This document shows positions 27,733 through 38,632 of a DNA stretch of 64,000 nt, one piece after another. A program made the translations under genes and the position numbers. The DNA comes from a virus (Duplodnaviria > Caudoviricetes), in IMG/VR virus record IMGVR_UViG_3300025120_010521; one strand, written 5' to 3'. Position 1 is the first letter of the stretch. Every line of letters begins with the position of its first letter. The notes under the pieces are model-generated. The model saw nothing but the letters and a program-made list of their open reading frames with translations, was not told the DNA's origin and searched no databases.

Positions 27733-28475
27733 TATTGACTCCTAGCAGGTAGGATATAGTCATAAGTTGCTGTGCCAGAATCAATTGATATCTGCATAGC
27801 ACCTTGATCACTAAATGACATACTTGCTTGTGAAGTATCACTTAATTTCAAAATACTCAATACCTGTGCTAGTGGCCAAGCCCAACCTTTAGTTAGTTTG
27901 CCTTGCACATTTTGAGCAAATGGAATTTCAACTCTGTCATTTGCGCCATCTCCAATATAAAACTTTAGTGTATCACCATCTGTTTTTGCAACAAATGTTG
28001 GCTCAAAGCCACCCATAATACCATTAAAGTAAGTCAAGTCTTTAATATTTTGTTGTGTTGGCTGTACTGTAATATCCCATTCAACACCTTTAAACTTGAT
28101 TGTTTTTAATTGTTCTTCAATTAAAGAACTTACCATGAATCTATAGTTTGCAGTATAACCACCTGGCGATGTAAATTTTAGCTCTTCTGCTGTTTCTACA
28201 CCATCTCTTGTGTTTGTCATAACTTCGATGTTTGCACCATCTTTGCCATATGCTTCATAGTTTAAGTAGCCTGATAGTACACCAAGTCTACCCATTCCAA
28301 TTAATCCTGGAACGTTGTCTAATTTATCTTTTAATTTACCTTTTAGAACTACTGTTCTATCATCATCCATTGCTTCAATACTTGTGCCTTCATCTGTGCT
28401 TTCAAGTTTTACTGCTTGAATAAAGCCCAACGAATGAGTATGTTTTACAATGTCTAGTAATACATCTTTTAACAT
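27732..28475 (-). CDS. sliding clamp (processivity factor)
   Basis: 247 aa, position beside PolB, clamp-like pattern; RFC-type loader in the window. Confidence 0.7.
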   Translation of the reverse strand: MLKDVLLDIVKHTHSLGFIQAVKLESTDEGTSIEAMDDDRTVVLKGKLKDKLDNVPGLIGMGRLGVLSGYLNYEAYGKDGANIEVMTNTRDGVETAEELKFTSPGGYTANYRFMVSSLIEEQLKTIKFKGVEWDITVQPTQQNIKDLTYFNGIMGGFEPTFVAKTDGDTLKFYIGDGANDRVEIPFAQNVQGKLTKGWAWPLAQVLSILKLSDTSQASMSFSDQGAMQISIDSGTATYDYILPARSQ

Positions 28476-28527
28476 ATTTTTTTACCTCCGACGTTTGTTA
28501 TTTTTACTAATATAACACTTATTTAGG

Positions 28528-29301
28528 TTATCTGTCAACAACTTTATTTGTATAATCCACTGCAATTTTAATATCAATCCATTCAGTTGGTTTTAACGTT
28601 GTTTTCCACCCTAGTTTCTTTAATTCTGAATTATCTGCTGTATTATCGTCAGCTTCTGCATCTTGGCCTTCTTGTATAGGAACATCATATCCTGCATGTT
28701 TTACTATATCAGATACTTTATATCCTTGGCCAGTTCCAACTTCGTAAGTTGTATTTCTATTTTCAGTTCCTTGTTCAACAAATATCATTATTGCTGAAAC
28801 AACATCTTCTACATAAATTAAATCTCGTATGTGTTCTGTAGCAAATTTAACTGTGCCATTGCGTATTCTTGACATTAGCATTGTATCTCTGGCTCCGTCA
28901 CCAAATACTGTTGTAAATCTTAGACCAACTTGCCCAGGATGTGCTACTGCCTCCATTGCTTTTTTGCTTGTGCCATATGGTGACTTCCACCATGCATGTA
29001 CACAAGATGAAGATGCATATACAACAGGAATATTATTTTTATGACATAGGTCAAATATGTTTTTACTATATTCTACATTAGTTGTCCAGTATAATTCTGG
29101 TTCTTTTAAACTACGTCTTACATCTGCTATTGCGGCCAAATGTACGACAAAGTCAATATCTGCTGGTATAGTAGCAGGAGAAAGGTCTTTGATATCTTTC
29201 CCGTGTGCTCTATCCCATTCAATAACTTCATGTCGACCAGCTAGTCGTTGGACTAGATGTTTTCCAATAAATCCTGTACTACCTGTTACAATTATTTTCA
29301 T
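28528..29301 (-). CDS. NAD-dependent nucleotide-sugar epimerase/dehydratase
   Basis: TGSTGFIG, HLAA, ASSS, YGTSK. Confidence 0.9.
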   Translation of the reverse strand: MKIIVTGSTGFIGKHLVQRLAGRHEVIEWDRAHGKDIKDLSPATIPADIDFVVHLAAIADVRRSLKEPELYWTTNVEYSKNIFDLCHKNNIPVVYASSSCVHAWWKSPYGTSKKAMEAVAHPGQVGLRFTTVFGDGARDTMLMSRIRNGTVKFATEHIRDLIYVEDVVSAIMIFVEQGTENRNTTYEVGTGQGYKVSDIVKHAGYDVPIQEGQDAEADDNTADNSELKKLGWKTTLKPTEWIDIKIAVDYTNKVVDR

Positions 29302-32012
29302 GCTGACTCAAATAAACTTTCAAATACTGATGATGTTTTTGTTGATTCTAAATCCCAACCTAATTCACTCATTAAGTTACTAACTTTTTGATCAATAATA
29401 GATTGTTCCATACCATCATGATCAAAAGGAAGTTCTTTAAACCATTTTGGAATATTTAACTCATCAATTGGATATGCAATAGATGTAAAGTTCATTGGAT
29501 TTGCTTTTAATTTACACACAATAACCTTTTGTCCATCCATAATTGGCAATGAATATAAATCTTTATATGCACTACGCATTGAATTCCAATTAATACTTGC
29601 TCTTACATGTCCTGGCATTACTGGTTTTTTAATTTTGCCATTTGCACCACCATTAGCCATACGTGATGTAGCACGTTTATATTTTTCAATATCTTGCACA
29701 TATTTGGTTAAGTTGTTTACACGTTTTGGAGTGCCTTTTTCCCAACCAGGTCTGTCTGCAAACTTACGTTTGAATTCTTGTATTGCTGTTAATATTTCTT
29801 TTTTATCAACACCTGTTAAAACTTGTAACAATATGTCTGATAAAAAGTTTTGTACAAAATCAGGAGTATCAGATCTTTTTAAATCAAGCCCCATTGCTTT
29901 TAGTTTACCTGGCTTGTCAACATCTTGCCTATTACCTTCTAAATCATATATTAATGCCGCATATCTTTTCTTTGTGATAAACAATCCTTTTGATGCAACC
30001 ATTTCTCTACCACCTTTAATAATTTCACCATTCTCACGTGGCACATTTGTTGCTTTCATCATAAATGGTGGAAATGATTTGTTTACTTCATCTGCTATGC
30101 TATCATATAATTCAATAACACTTTCTTTAGTCCACGGCAATGCACCACTTTTAACATCTTCTTTAACCATTGGATATGCTGAGAAATAAACAGAGTCTGT
30201 ATCACCATATATAATTGATTTACCTACATGATCATACTCACCTGTCATTATTTGATTTGTGATTGCACCCATGTGTTTTGTGATTGTTCTACCTGTGAGT
30301 GTAACTGACTGACCTATTCTCTGATCAAAAAATCTACATCCAGGATTTAGTATTGCACCGTATAAACTATTCAAGTTAATCTTTTTAACAAGTTGTCTTT
30401 TATCCCAAAACTCTATTTGTTCTTTATCACCACTTGCAATAGCTTCACGCATTTTGCCTTGTAATACTTTTCTTTCTGCAAACCATGTTTCTAACAATCC
30501 AGGAATAACTGCTTTGGTAGTTGTATCAAATATTGTACCATTTGCTGACAAACACCAACCTTGATTTTGATGGAATACAATTGCATATACTTCTGCTCCA
30601 CTCATTTGTTCTGTAGTTCCATCTTCAAAGTCAACAATAATTTCTACTCCGCGATCTTTTTCCATAACTGCTGTGTACTCAATTGTACCAAACATTCCTT
30701 CCCATGCATCTGCGGCAGACTTTTTTTCTTTATAAATTTTGTCATTAATATATTTTTCTGTATGTGTTGGTCTTAACTGTCCAACTATAGTTTCTGGACC
30801 CATATTCAAACATCTAATTACACTAGGATATAGTGAATTAATATCAATTGATGCAATCCAATCATGCAAACCTTTTTTAGGTTTTGCTACATAGGCTCCA
30901 ACTGCCGCACCAGATGAGTGAGGCTCTCTATATGGTCTATTTGGAATAATAAGTCCACGTTTATGTGCTTCATTTACAATTGCTTGTTCTGTTTGTGCAA
31001 CTGCACCCATCGTTGTTTGTAGTAACACAGTATTAGAGTGTGCTAACACATTTGCTAAATCAATAAATTTTAATTTGTCATCAAGTTTTGATAGTAGTGC
31101 AACGTCTTGTCTTGAATAAGCAATAAATTTTTCAAAGTCTTCATTGTAAAGTTGATCAAGTGTTCCTTCATATGGAACTTTCTTTTCATTAACTTCATAC
31201 TCACCAATTGCATCAAGTCTATATGAGTGCATTTCATGATATGTGTATTTCCTATATAATTCCAAATAATCTAAATGTACACGGCCAAAGAAATCAAATG
31301 TTTGTTGTTCATTACCAAACTTTGTAAACATTCTTTCACGTGGATATAAGTCCCACAAACTAAAACGTCTAACATCATCTTTGCTCAATACCATTTCAGT
31401 TCTGTTTACAATGTATGGAATATCAAAACCTTCACTATTCCATCCGCTTAATATATCTGCATCTTCAATTAAATGTAAGAATGTGTTTAGTAATTGAGCT
31501 TCCGTTTCACACAATACAGTATTGTCAAACTTTTTAGCAATTGAATCTGCCATTTCAAATGGCATGTCTTTTGGAGCAAGACATAGTGTAATTAAACTAT
31601 CTAACCAATTAAGATGTACACTGATTGCTGTAATACGTTGATGCGGATCATTTGGTCTTGCAAATCCACGATTCTTATCAAAGTCTACCTCAATATCAAA
31701 TAGTGCTACATGTAGGTTTGGTGCTTCTTTTTCAATATAATTTTCTTCTAAGCATCTAAAAACAGGATTGAGATCTGCTTCATACAATCGCTGACCTTCA
31801 TATAGTTTCTTTTCTCGTTGAAATGATTTATTGTTTAGTGTTTCGAACTTACTTAATGGGCGATTATGTATTGATGTGTGTTGCCCATCTTTATCTTCAT
31901 AATAGAATCTATATGTTGTTGGAAAAGTTTTGTATATTCTTTTTCCATCAATACGTTCTACTATATTGATTTGATCTTTATCTCTATTTAAATATGCGTC
32001 TACGTAACTCAT
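29298..32012 (-). CDS. family B DNA polymerase, unsplit
   Basis: Exo motifs DIE, NSEGFD, YSRQD; pol motifs DINSLYP, KINLNSLYG, YGDTDS, KKRYA. Confidence 0.97.
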   Translation of the reverse strand: MSYVDAYLNRDKDQINIVERIDGKRIYKTFPTTYRFYYEDKDGQHTSIHNRPLSKFETLNNKSFQREKKLYEGQRLYEADLNPVFRCLEENYIEKEAPNLHVALFDIEVDFDKNRGFARPNDPHQRITAISVHLNWLDSLITLCLAPKDMPFEMADSIAKKFDNTVLCETEAQLLNTFLHLIEDADILSGWNSEGFDIPYIVNRTEMVLSKDDVRRFSLWDLYPRERMFTKFGNEQQTFDFFGRVHLDYLELYRKYTYHEMHSYRLDAIGEYEVNEKKVPYEGTLDQLYNEDFEKFIAYSRQDVALLSKLDDKLKFIDLANVLAHSNTVLLQTTMGAVAQTEQAIVNEAHKRGLIIPNRPYREPHSSGAAVGAYVAKPKKGLHDWIASIDINSLYPSVIRCLNMGPETIVGQLRPTHTEKYINDKIYKEKKSAADAWEGMFGTIEYTAVMEKDRGVEIIVDFEDGTTEQMSGAEVYAIVFHQNQGWCLSANGTIFDTTTKAVIPGLLETWFAERKVLQGKMREAIASGDKEQIEFWDKRQLVKKINLNSLYGAILNPGCRFFDQRIGQSVTLTGRTITKHMGAITNQIMTGEYDHVGKSIIYGDTDSVYFSAYPMVKEDVKSGALPWTKESVIELYDSIADEVNKSFPPFMMKATNVPRENGEIIKGGREMVASKGLFITKKRYAALIYDLEGNRQDVDKPGKLKAMGLDLKRSDTPDFVQNFLSDILLQVLTGVDKKEILTAIQEFKRKFADRPGWEKGTPKRVNNLTKYVQDIEKYKRATSRMANGGANGKIKKPVMPGHVRASINWNSMRSAYKDLYSLPIMDGQKVIVCKLKANPMNFTSIAYPIDELNIPKWFKELPFDHDGMEQSIIDQKVSNLMSELGWDLESTKTSSVFESLFESA

Positions 32013-33037
32013 TCAACATACACCTGGCCAAATTTATTGCTAATAAAAGTTTGCCATTTAACATCTTCTTGTTTAACAAAACCCTCACCTGTAAGCTCAT
32101 CCCTACAGTATGATACTATATTAGCACAAACTCCAGATGCTGTCGACCTCTGAATTGCACTCATACCATCTTTTCCAAAAATATTTTTCTGGTATGACTT
32201 TTCTAATAGTTTTCCGTTCTTCATTCCAATTACTTTAATCAACATAACTACAACATCTTCTGTAGTATATGGAACTGTTTGATCAAATAAGTCACCTATT
32301 TTATCTTTGTTACTTTTTAGGTTTAAATCCTGTAATAAGAAGTTCATTTTATCTCTATGACCAGGATATCTAATTGTTTTATAGCTTAATGTGTTTACTT
32401 TTCCATCAAACGTTTCACACATTGTTGCTACGCCACCTGATGTGTTAAATGCTTCATATCTTCTGCCATCGATATAAATTCTTTCGACTCCATCTAACGG
32501 TGGTATTTTTAATTTTTTGCCGTCTGCAATTACATCACATAAATTACAATACTCGTTTATCAACCCATTTGTTGACCAGGTTAAGTAATAGCTCATTTCG
32601 TTTGAAGGATAACGTGGTAATGCACCAACCCTCATTTGTACATCATGTGCTTCATCAAAATCTTTAATTAAGTTACTTCCAATAATATTAACTGCACCAG
32701 GAGCCAATCCACATTGGGGCATCATAAAAGTTTTAGTATCTAAATCTTTAATATAGTCAGTTACTTCAACGTCTTCTGTTAAATCAAAGTATGCTACACC
32801 TAATTTTGAGGCCACATTAGCAATACCTTTATTTAAATAGTAAGGGGCCGCAGAACATACTACATCTTTATTTTTTAAAAAATGTTCTAATTGTGTTTCA
32901 TTAGATGCATCTAACGAAACAACTCCATTACTTGCTATTGAATCTCCTATTACAACATTATAATTTTCTGATCGTAGTAAACTGGCGATAACTCGGCCAA
33001 TCTTTCCATTTCCTATAACTGCTACATTATTTTTCAT
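32009..33037 (-). CDS. saccharopine/lysine dehydrogenase family oxidoreductase
   Basis: VIGNGKIG, YFDLTED, CGLAPG, YKTIRYPGH. Confidence 0.85.
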   Translation of the reverse strand: MKNNVAVIGNGKIGRVIASLLRSENYNVVIGDSIASNGVVSLDASNETQLEHFLKNKDVVCSAAPYYLNKGIANVASKLGVAYFDLTEDVEVTDYIKDLDTKTFMMPQCGLAPGAVNIIGSNLIKDFDEAHDVQMRVGALPRYPSNEMSYYLTWSTNGLINEYCNLCDVIADGKKLKIPPLDGVERIYIDGRRYEAFNTSGGVATMCETFDGKVNTLSYKTIRYPGHRDKMNFLLQDLNLKSNKDKIGDLFDQTVPYTTEDVVVMLIKVIGMKNGKLLEKSYQKNIFGKDGMSAIQRSTASGVCANIVSYCRDELTGEGFVKQEDVKWQTFISNKFGQVYVE

Positions 33038-33040
33038 ATA

Positions 33041-33442
33041 CTATTTTTTCTTTTTAACCTTTTTAGTTTTCTTTCTTATACCATATGCTTCAGCTAACTT
33101 TAATGGTTCCATTCCATCTATAGAAATTACTTTATCAAAAGTAACATCTTCCCATTTTCCATCTACATTTGATCTTGAATGAAATGTTGTGCTACCATTA
33201 TTATTATCAATACTATGTATTGTGAAGTCACCAGTTTTATCTACTGTACCGCTTCCACCAAAAGCAACTGCTGAGTACCAAGCACTTATTTCTGTGTCTG
33301 CTTTAATTATATTTCGAGTAATTAACTCTCGTCCGAGTGCTTTATCCATATTTTTCTCTTTCTTTTTTCTTGTTGTTTTGCTGTACTGTATCCAATTAAA
33401 AATGACACTGCTATTACAGTACAAATAGCGAATAAATGCCAA
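33041..33442 (-). CDS. hypothetical protein
   Basis: ORF in operon; the true start may be internal. Confidence 0.5.
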   Translation of the reverse strand: MAFIRYLYCNSSVIFNWIQYSKTTRKKKEKNMDKALGRELITRNIIKADTEISAWYSAVAFGGSGTVDKTGDFTIHSIDNNNGSTTFHSRSNVDGKWEDVTFDKVISIDGMEPLKLAEAYGIRKKTKKVKKKK

Positions 33443-33451
33443 ATAACAAAA

Positions 33452-34063
33452 TTACTCATTTACTATCTCCTTAAATTGATCTAACGTAACTGCTGATTCA
33501 ATTTTTATTATATGATGATTTAGTGCAAGTTTACATAACATTACATCATCGTGGTCAGTTAAATATAATACAGGATTACACCAATAAGTTCTCCATCTTT
33601 CTTTTTCTTTTAGTAGAGAATTTAATGACGATCCAAATCTATATCGTGATGGATCTTTTTCTGTAAAAAAATTAAGAAACCAATCAATTGATTTTTCCAT
33701 GTTAGTATGTGCACCAAATGTCATTTTATACGAATACCTATTCCAAAACAATCTGTTTCTTGTAATACAATCTTTGTTGTCCATTAAATATTCATAATGT
33801 TTTTTATTATAAGGCTCGTATACTTCTTTTACCCATTTACCATGATTATTAATAATATATTCTAAATCTTTACGTTTTTTAAAAAACATTTGTATTGTTC
33901 TTGCATGACGCATTTGATAATTTTCTTTGTTTTGTGTTTTTAACCACTCAATCATTTTTCGCATATCTTCATAATAAAAGTCCAGATCAAATCCTTCACT
34001 TACTAATACTGCTTTGTAAGGAAATTTACTATAAAATAATTTTGTTGTTGTTTCAAATTGCAT
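33452..34063 (-). CDS. hypothetical protein
   Basis: 203-aa ORF. Confidence 0.6.
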   Translation of the reverse strand: MQFETTTKLFYSKFPYKAVLVSEGFDLDFYYEDMRKMIEWLKTQNKENYQMRHARTIQMFFKKRKDLEYIINNHGKWVKEVYEPYNKKHYEYLMDNKDCITRNRLFWNRYSYKMTFGAHTNMEKSIDWFLNFFTEKDPSRYRFGSSLNSLLKEKERWRTYWCNPVLYLTDHDDVMLCKLALNHHIIKIESAVTLDQFKEIVNE

Positions 34064-36291
34064 TATTGTTTGTATTCAAGTTCTAGTTTATCGTTGACTG
34101 CTTTAACAATTACTGTACCACCATTAATTAACTTACCAAATAGTATTTCTTTTGATAATGGACGTTTGACATTTTGATCAAATATTCTTTGCATTGGTCT
34201 TGCACCCATTGACGGATCAAAACCTTTATCAGCAATCCATCGTGACGCTGTGTCATCAAGCACTACAATAACTTTTTTGTCTTTTAACATTTCGTTTGTT
34301 TCATCTTTAACTTTATTAACAATTTTTAAAATATTATCTTTTGATAACTTGTTAAATTGTATTGTTGCATCAAGTCTGTTTCTAAACTCAGGTGCAAAGA
34401 AGTCTTTTACGTAATCATCAGTTGCATTAACTGAATCAGGACGACCAATACCCATTGGTGGTTTTTCACTTGCTTGAGCACCTAAGTTAGAAGTTAAACA
34501 CAAAATGACTTTGTTAAACATCACCGTTTTACCTGTCGATGATGTTAGTTTACCGTCATCCATTACTTGTAACAATACTTGTAATACTTCTGGTGCTGAT
34601 TTTTCAACCTCATCAAGTAGTAGTACACAGTTTGGATTATCTTCAACGTCATTAATTAGCTGTCCTGAGCCAATTGATCCTTCTGCATATCCTACATAAC
34701 CTGGAGGAGCACCAATTAATTTTGATACTGAATGTCTTTCTTGATATTCTGACATATCATATTTTAATAGTTTAATTCCTAATGAGTCTGCTAGTTGTCT
34801 ACAAACTTCTGTTTTACCAACACCTGTTGGACCTACAAACAAGTATGATCCAATTGGTTTATTAAATGGTCTTAACCCTGCTTTTGCAATCATAATAGAA
34901 TCAACTATTTTTTCAATTGCTTCATTTTGTCCATATACTTTTGTTTTAACTTTACCTTCTAAACCAGCATAGTTATCAGTTTGTTTTTCATCAATAACAT
35001 CCATAGGAACGTTTGAAATTTTGCTTACTTGTTGTTGTATCATATGCTTTGTAACTGATGGTGCCTGTGCCAATTTTGCTTTTGCACCTGCGGCATCAAT
35101 AACGTCAATTGCTTTATCTGGTAAAAATTTATTGTGTATAAATCTATCTGCAAGATCAACTGCTAAATCAACACATCCATCATCATATTTTGCTTGATGA
35201 AACTTTTCATAGTATGTAAGAATACCATTTAAAATTAATTTTGCATCTGTTTTACTTGGTTCACCTAAGTCTAATCTTTGGAAACGTCTCATTAATGCAC
35301 GATCTTTTTCAAAGTTTTCTCTGTATTCTTCAATTGTTGTTGTACCAATACACAATAGTTTACCTTTTGCAAGTATTGGTTTTAATAATGTACCAAAATC
35401 CATGTTTGATTGTCCGGCACTACCTGCACCCATTATCATATGTACTTCGTCAATGAATAGTATTACATCTTTTTGTTTTTGTAATTTATCTAATACTACT
35501 TTTGCACGTTCTTCAAAGTCACCTCTAAATTTTGTGCCTGCCACTAATGAAGCAACGTCTAATGAGTAAACTATTTTATCTTTAATTGCATCAGGAACTT
35601 GTTTATCTACAATTTTTTTTGCGATACCTTCTGCAATTGCTGTTTTACCAACACCAGGTTCACCAACAACAATACAATTATTCTTTTTACGTCTTGCAAG
35701 AATATGCACAATGTCATCTAGTTCTGGTTCTCTACCAATTAGTGAATCAATTTTTCCATCTTTAGCTTCTTTGTTTAAGTCAGTACAGTAATCTTCAAAT
35801 CTAATTCCACCACCTGGCTCACCGCCCTGTTGTCTTTCTTGTAAACCAACGTCTTCACCGTATCTTTCTTTTGTTAATTGTTCGATGATTGCTTGTCTTG
35901 TAATATTGTTTTTCTTTAAAAAGTATAACGCATGACTATTCTTTTCACTTAATAAACTTACGAAGATGTCTTTAATAGTTAACTTTTTTCTTCCAGAGAA
36001 TATAACTTGGGTCACTGCTCTATTAAACACTCTTTCTAAAGCAGATGTTTTGCGTGGTGCATCTGATGATTCTACAACAATATCTTTTAATCTAGTATCA
36101 AGATATTCTGAACAGTCAACCATAACTTGTTCAATATCGCCTTTAACATCTACAATTAAAGACTGTATTTCTTTTTCATCGGATAATGCTAACAAAAGAT
36201 GCTCGAGCACCACATATTCGTGGTTACGTTCCGAGGCATACTCCATTGCTTTATCTAGTACGGATTCTATCGGATCGTATTCTTCAGCCAT
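34063..36291 (-). CDS. clpA: ClpA-type AAA+ chaperone/unfoldase
   Basis: Clp N-domain, two Walker A motifs (GEPGVGKT, GPTGVGKT), GAPPGYVG, MGARPM; no ClpB middle domain. Confidence 0.9.
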   Translation of the reverse strand: MAEEYDPIESVLDKAMEYASERNHEYVVLEHLLLALSDEKEIQSLIVDVKGDIEQVMVDCSEYLDTRLKDIVVESSDAPRKTSALERVFNRAVTQVIFSGRKKLTIKDIFVSLLSEKNSHALYFLKKNNITRQAIIEQLTKERYGEDVGLQERQQGGEPGGGIRFEDYCTDLNKEAKDGKIDSLIGREPELDDIVHILARRKKNNCIVVGEPGVGKTAIAEGIAKKIVDKQVPDAIKDKIVYSLDVASLVAGTKFRGDFEERAKVVLDKLQKQKDVILFIDEVHMIMGAGSAGQSNMDFGTLLKPILAKGKLLCIGTTTIEEYRENFEKDRALMRRFQRLDLGEPSKTDAKLILNGILTYYEKFHQAKYDDGCVDLAVDLADRFIHNKFLPDKAIDVIDAAGAKAKLAQAPSVTKHMIQQQVSKISNVPMDVIDEKQTDNYAGLEGKVKTKVYGQNEAIEKIVDSIMIAKAGLRPFNKPIGSYLFVGPTGVGKTEVCRQLADSLGIKLLKYDMSEYQERHSVSKLIGAPPGYVGYAEGSIGSGQLINDVEDNPNCVLLLDEVEKSAPEVLQVLLQVMDDGKLTSSTGKTVMFNKVILCLTSNLGAQASEKPPMGIGRPDSVNATDDYVKDFFAPEFRNRLDATIQFNKLSKDNILKIVNKVKDETNEMLKDKKVIVVLDDTASRWIADKGFDPSMGARPMQRIFDQNVKRPLSKEILFGKLINGGTVIVKAVNDKLELEYKQ

Positions 36292-36772
36292 TTTGTTTTA
36301 ACCTTTTATTTCGTTTTTTCATTGCCATGCCAAGTTTAAGTTTAGAAACCAACGTATCAAATGTTACTCCATTTAAGTGATCAGTTTCATGTTGAAAGAC
36401 TCTACTCATCATTCCGTCGAGTTTTTCATTAACTTTCTCTCCATTAGTATTTACATATTCTACAACAACATTAAGTGGACGTAGAACTTTTAAAAATAAT
36501 CCTGGAAAACTTAAACATCCTTCTGTAATTAAACCTTGCTCACTACCTGTTTCAACAATCTTAGGGTTAGCTATTAGTTTATAACGTGTTTTATCTCCCA
36601 TGATGAAAAAACTTTTATCTAAACCAACTTGTGGTGCCGCTAGTCCTACCCCATTATTATTTGACATAATTGTATGCATTTGCTCTGCTAATTTTACTAC
36701 ATTATCCATGTCTTCGTCAACACTTATTGTAGGTTTCTTTAATATATCTGCTGGTGCATAAACGAGATCCAT
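36284..36772 (-). CDS. def: peptide deformylase
   Basis: GVGLAAPQ, EGCLS, HETDH. Confidence 0.95.
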   Translation of the reverse strand: MDLVYAPADILKKPTISVDEDMDNVVKLAEQMHTIMSNNNGVGLAAPQVGLDKSFFIMGDKTRYKLIANPKIVETGSEQGLITEGCLSFPGLFLKVLRPLNVVVEYVNTNGEKVNEKLDGMMSRVFQHETDHLNGVTFDTLVSKLKLGMAMKKRNKRLKQNG

Positions 36773-37656
36773 TAATTTTCTCCTTTAATTTTTTTAAGTA
36801 ATTCTTTTTGTTCATCTGTTAATGTTTTAGGTATTTTATAATTTAGCTTTATATATAAGTTTCCTGCTGTACCACTAGTTAATACCATTCCTTTACCTTT
36901 AACTCTAATCACATCTTCTGGTTGTGTTAATGGTGGAACAATAACTGATATGACTGTGTTGAAATGTTGCACATCTACTTTTGTTCCTAACAATGCATCA
37001 AATATATCAATATCTAAATTAGTATATAAATTATTTTCTTTTTTTGTAAAGTTTTTATGACCTGCAATACTCAATACAACATATAAATTGCCAGGACGTA
37101 GATCACTATATTGTTTAGAACCAAGACCACTAAATTTAATTTGTGTTCCTGTATCACAAGATTTTGGTATTTCTATTTTAACATTTTGGTTTGTTCCGTC
37201 TGGTGTTTTTACTACTACTTCTTTTGTATTACCATGATAAACATCTTCTAATGATACTGTTAAACTAATCCTAATGTCTTGATTACGTAATGGCTTATTT
37301 TGTCTTTGACTTTGCCTATATGATTGTTTTGGATTGCTACCAAAGAATTGATTAAACATAGATTGAAACCCACCAGGTCCTTCCATATCAATAATAATAT
37401 CATCAAATCCGCCACCACCAAAATTAAAAGAACCAGGACCTCCTTGGGCACCAAATCGTCTTTCCATGTCATATTGTTGACGTTGTTTTTGATCACTCAA
37501 AGTATTATTTGCTTCGTTAATTTTTTTAAAGTTAGTATCGTCGCCACCATTTATGTCAGGATGATATTGTTTAGCCAACTTTTTGTAGGCTCTTTTGATT
37601 TCATCTTGAGATGCTTGTTCTGATACACCTAGTGTTTTGTAATGATCCTGACTCAT
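36772..37656 (-). CDS. DnaJ-family (class B / CbpA-like) co-chaperone
   Basis: J-domain with HPD, G/F-rich linker, C-terminal domain, no Zn finger. Confidence 0.9.
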   Translation of the reverse strand: MSQDHYKTLGVSEQASQDEIKRAYKKLAKQYHPDINGGDDTNFKKINEANNTLSDQKQRQQYDMERRFGAQGGPGSFNFGGGGFDDIIIDMEGPGGFQSMFNQFFGSNPKQSYRQSQRQNKPLRNQDIRISLTVSLEDVYHGNTKEVVVKTPDGTNQNVKIEIPKSCDTGTQIKFSGLGSKQYSDLRPGNLYVVLSIAGHKNFTKKENNLYTNLDIDIFDALLGTKVDVQHFNTVISVIVPPLTQPEDVIRVKGKGMVLTSGTAGNLYIKLNYKIPKTLTDEQKELLKKIKGEN

Positions 37657-37693
37657 TGTTTAAGTATACAATAGATTAGTATAAAGTCAAGTA

Positions 37694-38173
37694 TTATTTA
37701 GACTTATTATCAACTTCTTCAGTTGATTCATATTCTTCGTAATACTTTTTATATTCTTCTAACAGTGTATTTGTTTCTTGAAGTTTTGCTCTAATCTGTG
37801 CGAAGTTTTTGGCCAAAAGTTCGTAATCCTTATCTGATAAACCAAACAATACAGGATCTAATCCTTGCTCTTTCATTTTAGCAAACACTTCATCTGCATT
37901 TTCACTGTGAATAATAATCCATTGTATTTGTTCAAGTTCTAATGGTGTTGGCAATGGATAATCTAACTGTTGTCTTGGTTCTTCAACTTGGAATATTTTT
38001 ATTTTCTTTTCTCCGCCAATTGAACAACCAGTTAATGCACAAATTATTAATACGAGAAACGCACCTTTAAGATAGGCTACCCACATCACGCCATAGTCAG
38101 ACATGTTAAATTTATTTTTAAACCATTCTATTTGTCTTTTGTGTAAATCAATAAGTTTATTCATATGGTACAT
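37694..38173 (-). CDS. putative o-spanin lipoprotein
   Basis: Lipobox ALTGC, Pro-rich region after the Cys; overlaps an upstream TM/coiled-coil gene. Confidence 0.6.
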   Translation of the reverse strand: MYHMNKLIDLHKRQIEWFKNKFNMSDYGVMWVAYLKGAFLVLIICALTGCSIGGEKKIKIFQVEEPRQQLDYPLPTPLELEQIQWIIIHSENADEVFAKMKEQGLDPVLFGLSDKDYELLAKNFAQIRAKLQETNTLLEEYKKYYEEYESTEEVDNKSK

Positions 38174-38630
38174 AAGAAGGATTTGCTAGTGCCGGACATT
38201 CTGGATTAATTTCCGACTTTTTAGTTGCCTTCAACTCCTGTTCAGTGTGTGGTGCACCTGACGCCAATTCTATACATCTTATAGCATTGTCAGATCCTTT
38301 ATTGAATATTCTTTCAACTGGTGCTGTTTTTTCAATTGCAAGTTTGCCCACGTCTCTTTTGCCTTTGTTGAATCTTTTGTCTAATTCATCTAAGTCTTTT
38401 TTAAGTGTGCTAATTAACTTGTTTAATTGTTTATTTGATTCTAGTATATCTTTAAAATCTTCTTTTTGTTTTTGTAATAATTCTTTTTGTGATTCTACAC
38501 TACGTTCTAATTCAATTTGATTTGCTTTTAATATAGCATTATCACTACGTAATTTCATTACATACATGCCGGCCCCTGCTATAGCTGAAATAATTAGTAC
38601 TGTAAAAATAACTTTAATGTAGCCAAACAT
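38157..38630 (-). CDS. putative i-spanin
   Basis: N-terminal TM, long coiled coil, C-terminal cysteines. Confidence 0.6.
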   Translation of the reverse strand: MFGYIKVIFTVLIISAIAGAGMYVMKLRSDNAILKANQIELERSVESQKELLQKQKEDFKDILESNKQLNKLISTLKKDLDELDKRFNKGKRDVGKLAIEKTAPVERIFNKGSDNAIRCIELASGAPHTEQELKATKKSEINPECPALANPSYVPYE

Positions 38631-38632
38631 GT

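Noticed and set aside
29635-30189. 184-aa plus-strand ORF
   Set aside because: Antisense shadow of PolB with no recognisable features; the same applies to most other short plus-strand ORFs in the track
29298-32012. Intein, intron or split in PolB
   Set aside because: All motifs occur at normal spacing in a single 904-aa ORF
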